Assembly: GCA_051867925.1 (NCBI GenBank)
Contig: JBJDZI010000116.1
Location: forward strand, 6,844 to 70,843
DNA length: 64,000 nucleotides
Direction of reading: 5' to 3'
DNA from: Eubacteriales bacterium
GTDB taxonomy: Bacteria; Bacillota; Clostridia; Oscillospirales; CAG-272
The notes beneath the pieces are model-generated. The model was given only the letters and a program-made list of their open reading frames with translations. It was not told where the DNA came from and searched no databases. A program made the translations under genes and the position numbers. This document shows positions 56,570 through 64,000 of the stretch, piece after piece; the first letter of the stretch is position 1; every line of letters begins with the position of its first letter.

Positions 56570-57967
56570 ATGGCCGAGCAAAATCATCTGCAAAAGAATA
56601 AACAATCCAGTCAACCCGCCAAGTCACGGAAATCTGCCAAGAATGTCCGTGTCAAACGGCTTTTCCGCGGGAAAACACCCCAGAAAAAGCGGGAACAGAC
56701 CGCTCTGCAGGAACAAAAGCGCGAAAGATCCCTGCAGCGGCAGGAGGAACTCTATCAGAGCGAACGCTATGTATCCTCGGAAGAAGCGCTGGGGCCTGTC
56801 ATTTACAACGAACAGTATCTGAAAAAGGCATCGGTCTTCCGCTATTTGCGCTACGGCGTGCTGATCCTGCTGGTTGCCTTCCTGCTGGGAATGCTGAATC
56901 TGTTCAAAGAAGAGATCACCATCGAAAACTTCCGCTATCTCATGCGCAACGTGGATTTCGAACTGCGCACCGAACTGGGCGAAGCAGGCAATATCAGTTA
57001 TGACAGCAACCCGCTGAATACCTTTGCCGTCTACAAGGGATCGCTGGCGCAACTGTCCGATCGGCAGATTGCCATTTATGACGCCTCCGGCCGCTCCTCT
57101 TACACCGGCAGTCTGAACTACACTTCTCCTGCGCTGACCTCCTCTGAAAAGTATCTGTTGGCTTACGACCGCACCGGTGGCAGTTACAGTCTGTATACCG
57201 GGTTCAGTCAGGTTCACGCCGCATCCACCGGCTATCCCATTGCCGACGTGGATCTGTCCGATTCGGGCGTTTTCGTCATCGCCTCCCGCTCCAAGGAATA
57301 TTTCGGCGTGGTAGAGGTCTACAACAGTTCCTTTCAACTGATGAACAAGATCCAGAAGAACAAATACATCGCTTCGGTGGATCTTGCCGACGACGGCAAA
57401 ACTCTGCTGATCGCCTCCTATTTCGTGGGAAGTACCGGCATTTGCACCGAACTGATGGTTCTTACCATCGACTCCGACACCCCCTCTCTGCTGATGACGG
57501 TGGAAGGAACGATGCCATGGGAGGCATCTTGGGTGGACGAGGACTGCTTCGTGCTTGTCTGTGACCAAGGTGTAAAATTTTACGATGAAAGCGGTAAACA
57601 ATCCGCTGAGTATGACATTTCCCGCAAAAATGTGATAGAATATAGCGTAAGTCTGCAAAGCTCCCGCATAGCGATCCTGTATAAGGAAGAATCCGACACG
57701 TCGGTTTATCGCCTCTGCGTTCTGGATGCCCACGGCAAGACCGTTTTGGAGCACACCTTCCACAGGGCAGTGGAGCAGATCACCTATTTTGAAGAAGATC
57801 TGATCCTTTTGTCGGGAAACACCGTCTACCGTCTGGCAGAGGACGGAACGCTCCGTTCCTTTGAAAATGACGCCACCATCAGGACGGCAGTTGCCCAAAA
57901 CGACACACTCTATCTCTGCACCGCCACCCGCGTGACTGTGCCAAAGTGGAAAAACGAAAAAAACTGA
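56570..57967 (+). CDS. membrane-anchored hypothetical protein with basic N-terminus and probable beta-propeller-like ectodomain
   Basis: K/R/Q-rich first 60 aa, one TM (VLILLVAFLLGMLNLF), then about 370 aa rich in beta-strand-like repeats. RBS AAGGAGG. Confidence 0.6.
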   Translation: MAEQNHLQKNKQSSQPAKSRKSAKNVRVKRLFRGKTPQKKREQTALQEQKRERSLQRQEELYQSERYVSSEEALGPVIYNEQYLKKASVFRYLRYGVLILLVAFLLGMLNLFKEEITIENFRYLMRNVDFELRTELGEAGNISYDSNPLNTFAVYKGSLAQLSDRQIAIYDASGRSSYTGSLNYTSPALTSSEKYLLAYDRTGGSYSLYTGFSQVHAASTGYPIADVDLSDSGVFVIASRSKEYFGVVEVYNSSFQLMNKIQKNKYIASVDLADDGKTLLIASYFVGSTGICTELMVLTIDSDTPSLLMTVEGTMPWEASWVDEDCFVLVCDQGVKFYDESGKQSAEYDISRKNVIEYSVSLQSSRIAILYKEESDTSVYRLCVLDAHGKTVLEHTFHRAVEQITYFEEDLILLSGNTVYRLAEDGTLRSFENDATIRTAVAQNDTLYLCTATRVTVPKWKNEKN

Positions 57968-58027
57968 CGGTTTTCCACCGTTATTCCGTTGCAATTTCGA
58001 TTTGCAATTAATTGGAGGACCTATTCT

Positions 58028-58582
58028 ATGAGCATGATTTTAGACATTCTTGTGATCGCAACACTGGCGATTTGCATTTTTCTGTACACCAAGCGCGGAT
58101 TCATTAAGGGCATCATGGGACTGTGTGGCTGTTTTATCGCAATGATCGCCGCCGCGCTGGCAGGACCCATCCTTCAACCTCTGCTGGAAGTACCTTTGCA
58201 CAAACTGCTCTCGGAAAACGCCGGCGAAGCCGGTCTCTCTTCTCTGCTGGGGGTCGACATCACCGCCTCGGTAGCGGCTTCGGTCATCTCCTTTTTCCTG
58301 CTGTTTTTGCTGTTTATGGTGCTGGTAAAAGTGATCACCTATCTGATCGATCGCTTCTTCCGTCTGCCTGTTCTCAAACAAGCCAACAAACTGCTGGGGT
58401 TTGCACTGGGTCTTTTGATCGGTCTGATCTACGCTCAGATTCTCTCCGTTTTTCTCTTCACCTTTTCGGAGGTGCTGGTCACTTCTCTGGGCTGGCTGTC
58501 CAAAGAAGCCTTTGAAGGCTCTGTCGTCGCCCGCTGGATGTTCGACCACAATCTGTTCCGCATTTTAATAAATCTCATTTGA
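58028..58582 (+). CDS. cvpA: CvpA-family membrane protein
   Basis: MSMILDILVIATLAICIFLYTKRGFIKG followed by four TM segments. RBS GGAGG. Confidence 0.8.
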   Translation: MSMILDILVIATLAICIFLYTKRGFIKGIMGLCGCFIAMIAAALAGPILQPLLEVPLHKLLSENAGEAGLSSLLGVDITASVAASVISFFLLFLLFMVLVKVITYLIDRFFRLPVLKQANKLLGFALGLLIGLIYAQILSVFLFTFSEVLVTSLGWLSKEAFEGSVVARWMFDHNLFRILINLI

Positions 58583-58708
58583 TCATACAGTAGCCAATCC
58601 ATCCCCGCATCCGAAACTTTTGGATGCGCCGCTCAGTCATAGGATCGACCTGTGCTGTGCAATCTACTAACGAATCTATTTCTGTCAACGCAAAAAGGAA
58701 CCAATTTT

Positions 58709-61012
58709 ATGGAAATGTGCGCAAGATGCAAAAAACGGGTAGCCGTGATCTTCATCTCCCGGATCGACGGCAACAAATCGGTGAACGAGGGGATCTGCAT
58801 TAAATGTGCAAAAGAACTCGGCATCAAGCCCGTCAACGATATTATCAAAAACATGGGACTCTCCGACGAGGATCTGGATCGCATGGACGGCGAAATGGAA
58901 AACCTCATGGAGATCATGCCCGCCGAGGGCGACGATATGGAGGATTCTCCCCAAGGCAAAACGCCGCCCATTGATTTTCGTAAACTGTTCGGCAGTATGG
59001 GCTTCCCCGGAATGCCCGCTATGCCCTCTGCGGAAGGGGAGGTTCCCCCGCAGAGCGGAAAAAAGGGAAAGGCACCCAAAGGAAAGAAATTCCTTTCGCA
59101 ATACTGCACCGATCTGACCGCCGATGCCCGCGCGGGCAAACTGGATCGCATCGTAGGACGCGAGCGGGAGCTGAACCGCATGATGCAGATCCTCTGCCGC
59201 CGTCAGAAGAACAATCCCTGTCTGATCGGCGAGCCGGGCGTGGGTAAAACCGCCATTGCAGAGGCACTGGCACAGAAGATCGCAAACGGCGAGGCTCCCT
59301 ACAAACTGCAAAACAAGGAAGTCCATCTGGTGGATCTGACCTCGCTGGTGGCAGGCACCCAGTTCCGCGGGCAGTTTGAGTCGCGGATCAAGGGTCTGAT
59401 CGAAGAAGTCAAAGCGCTGGGCAATATCATTCTGGTGATCGACGAGGTCCACTCCATCGTAGGTGCAGGCGATGCCGAAGGCTCCATGAACGCCGCCAAT
59501 ATTCTCAAACCCGCCCTTTCCCGCGGCGAGATCCAGCTGATCGGCGCCACCACTTTGGCGGAATACCGCAAATATATCGAAAAAGATGCCGCGCTGGAGC
59601 GCCGCTTCCAGCCCATTATGGTAGAAGAACCCTCCATCGCCGACACCGTCGCCATTCTGAAGGGCATCAAGACCTATTACGAAAACTTCCACGGGCTGAA
59701 GATCCCAGATCTGACCGTGGAGCGGGCGGTTACGCTGTCGGAACGCTATATCACCGACCGTTTTCTGCCCGACAAAGCCATTGATCTGATCGACGAGGCA
59801 GCCGCTTATCTGGCACTCCATTCCCCCGAAATCAAGCGGGCGGAACTGGCTACCGCGGCGCTGGAGTCCGTCCGCAAGGAGCGGGAGGCAGCCGAAAACG
59901 AAGAAGCCGACACCGAGGAAGCCCAAAACGCCAAGTATCAGAAAGTCGCCGAACTGCGGGTAAAAGAACTTTCCGCCGAAGCAGAGTTCAAAGAAGCCTC
60001 TGCCCGGCGGGATGCGGTGGCGCTGACCACCGACGAGCTGGCTGAGGTGATCGAGGTCTGGACGGGCATCCCTGCCTCCCACATCACCGAAAACGAGTTT
60101 AGACGCATTGATCATCTCGCCGACCGGCTGAAAACAAGGATCGTCGGGCAGGACGAAGCAGTGGACGCCGTTGCCCGCGCCATCAAGCGGAGCAGAACCG
60201 GCGTCACGGCGAAACGCCGCCCCGTGTCCTTTATCTTTGCAGGCCCTACGGGCGTGGGCAAGACCGAACTGGTGAAGACGCTGGCATCCGATCTCTTCGA
60301 CTCTCCCGAAACGCTGATTCGTCTGGATATGTCGGAGTTTATGGAGAAACACAGCGTTTCCCGCATCATCGGAGCGCCTCCCGGCTATGTGGGCTATGAC
60401 GAAGCGGGGCAGCTCACCGAAAAGATCCGCCGCAAGCCTTACTCGGTCGTCCTCTTTGACGAGATTGAGAAGGCACATCCCGACGTGATGAACATCCTTC
60501 TGCAAATTCTCGACGACGGCGTGATCACCGACGCATCGGGCAAGAAGGTGAACTTTGAAAACACCGTCATCGTCATGACTACCAACGCAGGAGCCAACGG
60601 TATTTCCGCCGCGCCCGGCTTCAATCCCACCGCAAGAGCCGCCGAGGAATCCAAAACCCAAAAGGCACTGGAATCCTTCCTGCGCCCCGAATTTCTCAAC
60701 CGAATCGACGAGATCATCACCTTCCGCACGCTGGATGAGGCAGACTTTGTGAAGATCGCCTCTATTTTGCTGTCCGATCTGCGTTCTGCGCTTTCCGAAC
60801 GGGGCATCGCCCTGACTTGGAGCCAGGATGCCGCCGCACTTCTGGCGAAGAAATCCTACTCCCGCAAGTTCGGTGCCCGTAATCTCCGCCGCGTGATCCA
60901 GCGGGAAGTGGAGGACGCGCTGGCATCCAAACTGATTGCCGACTATTCCACCGGCATCAGTGCCGCCTCTGTCACCGCCGACGGCGATCAACTGGTGATC
61001 GCCTGCGTCTGA
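58709..61012 (+). CDS. Clp/Hsp100 AAA+ ATPase (two AAA modules) with N-terminal CxxC...CxxC module
   Basis: Walker A motifs GEPGVGKTAIAE (D1) and GPTGVGKTELVK (D2), Walker B VIDEVH / LFDEIEKAH, sensor GARNLRR. The N-terminus MEMCARCKKRV...GICIKCAKELGI replaces the usual Clp_N repeats. Confidence 0.88.
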   Translation: MEMCARCKKRVAVIFISRIDGNKSVNEGICIKCAKELGIKPVNDIIKNMGLSDEDLDRMDGEMENLMEIMPAEGDDMEDSPQGKTPPIDFRKLFGSMGFPGMPAMPSAEGEVPPQSGKKGKAPKGKKFLSQYCTDLTADARAGKLDRIVGRERELNRMMQILCRRQKNNPCLIGEPGVGKTAIAEALAQKIANGEAPYKLQNKEVHLVDLTSLVAGTQFRGQFESRIKGLIEEVKALGNIILVIDEVHSIVGAGDAEGSMNAANILKPALSRGEIQLIGATTLAEYRKYIEKDAALERRFQPIMVEEPSIADTVAILKGIKTYYENFHGLKIPDLTVERAVTLSERYITDRFLPDKAIDLIDEAAAYLALHSPEIKRAELATAALESVRKEREAAENEEADTEEAQNAKYQKVAELRVKELSAEAEFKEASARRDAVALTTDELAEVIEVWTGIPASHITENEFRRIDHLADRLKTRIVGQDEAVDAVARAIKRSRTGVTAKRRPVSFIFAGPTGVGKTELVKTLASDLFDSPETLIRLDMSEFMEKHSVSRIIGAPPGYVGYDEAGQLTEKIRRKPYSVVLFDEIEKAHPDVMNILLQILDDGVITDASGKKVNFENTVIVMTTNAGANGISAAPGFNPTARAAEESKTQKALESFLRPEFLNRIDEIITFRTLDEADFVKIASILLSDLRSALSERGIALTWSQDAAALLAKKSYSRKFGARNLRRVIQREVEDALASKLIADYSTGISAASVTADGDQLVIACV

Positions 61013-61200
61013 TCGCACACCCGTGCGGGGAAGGCAGGCAATCTCTCAGGAACCTTTTCGACAAAGGTTCCTGAGAATCTTTCACCCCCATAACTCCGAG
61101 GCGCATCGCGATCGGAGATTTCCCATTTGATTTTCCAAAGATTGTTGAAAAGGCAGAGGAATCCCCAAAACTCCTCCGCACTTTCCCGAAAGGAGGCAGT

Positions 61201-63999
61201 ATGGCCAGATGGTTTGATCTGACGCCCGACGAGGCGGCCGAGGCACTGGGCAGCGATCTGTACGCCGGTCTGACGGCAGCGGAAGCTAAGCGGCGCACCC
61301 GCGAGCAGGGAATCAACCGCATTTTCCCCATCCCCGAGGGGAACTTCTTTACCTATCTACGGCAGATTACCTTCAATCCGCTGTCGGTTCTGCTGCTGCT
61401 CGCGGCAATCCTGACGGCGTTTTTCGCCAACCCTGCCATTTCGGTCACGCTGATCCTGCTTTTGGCGATCGGATATGCTTCCACGATCTTCGTCTACAAC
61501 AAAGCGCAACAAATTTTCGCAGGAATGAGCAAATTTTCACTTCCCTACGCCAAGGTGATCCGGGAAGGACGGATGTTCATCCTTCGCCAAGAGCAATTGG
61601 TACCCGGCGACATCATCATTCTGTCCGCCGGCGACATTGTTCCCGCCGATGCCAGAGTCATCGAAGAGAACGATCTGTATCTGCTGGAATCGGGAATCAC
61701 CGATGCCAAAGGCGCCGTCCGCAAAAACGCCGCCTTTTACGACTACCGCAATCTGGAGCCTCATCAGCAGATCAACATGGTCTTCGCCTCCACCATCGTG
61801 GCAAGAGGACGGGGGCGTGCCATCGTCTGCCGCACAGGCGAAGAGACGCTGGTCTGCCGCACCCATCAAAATCGCCCTGCTGTCCGCTATGACAAGCTGG
61901 CGCTGTTTGACCGTCTGCAGAAGATCTCCCATGTCGCTTCAATCCTCTCCATTCTGCTGGTCTTCCTGCTGACCCTGCTGAATCTGGTCGTCCATCGCTG
62001 GGAGGTATTGGACGGTTTTCTGACCTTTTTGGCACTTTCGGTATCGGCACTCAGTGAATTTTACACGGCATTTGCCCGTATTTTGGTGGCAAGCGGCATT
62101 TTCGGCGCTGTCAGTCAGCAAAAGAAGGTGACCAAAGGCGCGCTCATCAAAAACGCGGACAAGCTTGCCGATCTGGCGGGCGTTACGACTCTTCTGATCC
62201 CTCCCGAATGTCTGGTGGACGAACGGGATATGAAACTTTGCGCGCTGATGACAGGCGGGACGTTTTACGATTTCGATCCCAAAACGGAAGAACCGCTCTG
62301 CAAAAACCTCCTGCGCTACGGCGTGCTGTCCACCGGCATTTACGGCACCGACCGGCTGATTGCGCTGGGCGAGGTGGGTGCCAACACCTTCACCTTTGAA
62401 GAAGACGCTATTCTGAAGGCGGGGCACAGCTCGGGCATCTGGAGTGCCAAGCTGGACGAAGCCTATCAGCTGATCGAGCATCGCCGTCGTGAAGACACCC
62501 CCGAAGGTCTGCCGGTCTGCGATCTCACCCTCACCCATCATTCCGGGCAATATGTACTCATCGCCCGCGGCGACGTGCGGCAGATCCTCGCGCTCTGCTC
62601 CCACTATACCGACGCGCTTGGGCAGCCCCGTTCCCTTTCCATGGTGCGCAAGCAGCAGATTTTGACCGACGCAGGTCAGCGGATGCGAGGCGGCAAACAA
62701 ATCACCGCCATCGCCACCACCCTCACCGCCGCCCGCGGGCTGGCATCACTGGGCGATCTCAGCGGGCAGCTCACCTTCGAGGGACTTCTGACCTTCGATC
62801 AACCGTTGCTCCCCGGCTGTGCCAAAACAGTACGCAAACTGCGGGAAGCCGGTCTGCGAGTGATCCTGCTCTGCCCCGAAGAATCGGAGCGCGGATATTA
62901 TTTGTCCGAGTCCCTTGGCATACTGGACGACCGCACGCAGGCGATCACCGCCGCCGAAATCCGTCAGATGGGCGACGAACGCTTCTTGGAAACTTTCACG
63001 GGCTATACGCTATATCAAGGACTATCAATCTCCATGCGGCGCACCGTAATGAAGCTCTGGAAAGACAAAGGCGAGCGTGTATTGTACATCGGGCGCGAAC
63101 TTGCCGAGATCACACTGATCCGTGAAGCGGACGTAGGTGCCACCCAAGCACTGACGCTGTCGGGCAAAGGTCTGCGCAGTCTCGCTTCCCCATCGGGAGC
63201 GAAAATTCCCGTACATTTCAGCCAATCCTCCGACGGTGCCCTCAACGGATGCGACGCGCTGCGTTTCGTTTCCGACGTGGTGCTTTCTATGGTGGATCAG
63301 GACGGGAGCGGCGGCCTCAACGCGCTGACCTCCGCCATTTGCTCCGCCCGCCACATTTTCCGCGGACTCCGACGGATGTTCGTCTATCTCACTGCATCGC
63401 TGACTGCCCGATTGCTTCTGACGCTGATTGGATTTGCCTTCGGCGGGCTGTGGCTTTCCCCTGTGCAACTGCTGTTTTGGGGTATGATCGTGGATCTTTC
63501 CGCCATTCTGACGCTGGCACTGGATCGTCCCTCCGACTTTCTTGCCCGCAAAGCCGCTCCCCGCAGGATCTTTGCAAGCGATCCGTCCACCAAAGAACGC
63601 TATCACCGCAATCTGTTCGGATTATCAGCAGGTGTGGGCGGCGTGCTTGCCATCAGCCAACTGGCACTTCTGCTGCTCTCTATGCTCTCGCCCATTGGGA
63701 CGGCGGGGCGATCTGCTCTGCTGTTTCTCAGTACATTGCCCGCAATGGTGGTTCTTGTGTTTGAAACGGGACGGCATACCGGGCATCGAACCCCCGGCAT
63801 CGCCGTGAGCCGAATGTTCGTGGTAGTTCTTGCGCTGATCTGCACGTTTCTCGCGCTGTGCTTTGCTCTCCCCGCGTTGGGCGCACCGTTCGGCATCGTC
63901 GCCATCCCCCTGTGGATCCTCCCCCTGTCTTTCCTCCCTGCCTTGGTGCTATTGCTCCTCTGCGAAGCCCTGCACCGCTTATTGGGCGATTTGGATTGA
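61201..63999 (+). CDS. P-type ATPase homologue lacking all catalytic signatures (probable pseudo-enzyme)
   Basis: Cation_ATPase_N-like start (DEAAEALGSDLYAGLTAAEAKRRTREQGINRI). A-domain block VPGDIIILSAGDIVPADARVIE. About 10 TM segments and P-type topology. The phosphorylation and nucleotide motifs are replaced (see findings). RBS AAAGGAGG. Confidence 0.75.
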   Translation: MARWFDLTPDEAAEALGSDLYAGLTAAEAKRRTREQGINRIFPIPEGNFFTYLRQITFNPLSVLLLLAAILTAFFANPAISVTLILLLAIGYASTIFVYNKAQQIFAGMSKFSLPYAKVIREGRMFILRQEQLVPGDIIILSAGDIVPADARVIEENDLYLLESGITDAKGAVRKNAAFYDYRNLEPHQQINMVFASTIVARGRGRAIVCRTGEETLVCRTHQNRPAVRYDKLALFDRLQKISHVASILSILLVFLLTLLNLVVHRWEVLDGFLTFLALSVSALSEFYTAFARILVASGIFGAVSQQKKVTKGALIKNADKLADLAGVTTLLIPPECLVDERDMKLCALMTGGTFYDFDPKTEEPLCKNLLRYGVLSTGIYGTDRLIALGEVGANTFTFEEDAILKAGHSSGIWSAKLDEAYQLIEHRRREDTPEGLPVCDLTLTHHSGQYVLIARGDVRQILALCSHYTDALGQPRSLSMVRKQQILTDAGQRMRGGKQITAIATTLTAARGLASLGDLSGQLTFEGLLTFDQPLLPGCAKTVRKLREAGLRVILLCPEESERGYYLSESLGILDDRTQAITAAEIRQMGDERFLETFTGYTLYQGLSISMRRTVMKLWKDKGERVLYIGRELAEITLIREADVGATQALTLSGKGLRSLASPSGAKIPVHFSQSSDGALNGCDALRFVSDVVLSMVDQDGSGGLNALTSAICSARHIFRGLRRMFVYLTASLTARLLLTLIGFAFGGLWLSPVQLLFWGMIVDLSAILTLALDRPSDFLARKAAPRRIFASDPSTKERYHRNLFGLSAGVGGVLAISQLALLLLSMLSPIGTAGRSALLFLSTLPAMVVLVFETGRHTGHRTPGIAVSRMFVVVLALICTFLALCFALPALGAPFGIVAIPLWILPLSFLPALVLLLLCEALHRLLGDLD

Positions 64000-64000
64000 A

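Noticed and set aside
58685-61018. A 777-aa ORF on the minus strand covering the whole Clp ATPase gene
   Set aside because: It is exactly antisense to a gene with unmistakable AAA+ motifs. It has no RBS, and its composition is dominated by G/R/H/D/V/Q. This is the typical shadow ORF of GC-rich coding DNA.

Overview
This 64-kb window looks like core chromosome from a high-GC, spore-forming Clostridia-type Firmicute. The taxonomic placement is an inference from spoIIGA-sigE, codon bias and gene content. I could support about 54 protein-coding genes and found no rRNA, tRNA, CRISPR array, transposase, integrase or prophage genes. The genes fall into these groups:
- Aromatic amino-acid synthesis: pheA, an aroE-aroK fusion and aroQ.
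- Sporulation: spoIIGA and sigE.
- Envelope: lgt, a pgsA-like gene, an LCP protein and a tagA-like gene.
- Nitrogen assimilation: type III glutamine synthetase and gdhA.
- A T-box-controlled cysE-cysS operon.
- A resB-ccsA pair, thiI, a U32 peptidase, maf, nth, pncC, gpsA and mscL.
- ruvCAB, then ecfA1-ecfA2-ecfT-truA.
- cvpA, a Clp/Hsp100 ATPase and a P-type-ATPase-like protein.
I see no recognisable defence or mobile system. The findings most worth follow-up are:
1. Several families of short palindromic or modular repeats fill almost every long intergenic spacer. One hairpin shows compensatory base changes between copies, and some modules sit on top of start codons.
2. A P-type ATPase homologue has lost every catalytic signature (TGES, DKTGT, KGAPE, TGD, GDGxND).
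3. A single polypeptide fuses a flavin reductase, a rubredoxin and a reverse rubrerythrin. It lies next to a stand-alone paralogue, and both genes sit behind Fur/PerR-like boxes.
4. A resB-ccsA-lipoprotein operon has no CXXCH protein anywhere in the window.
5. An AT-rich orphan insertion lies directly downstream of sigE.
All functional calls rest on motif recognition by eye. No database search was run.
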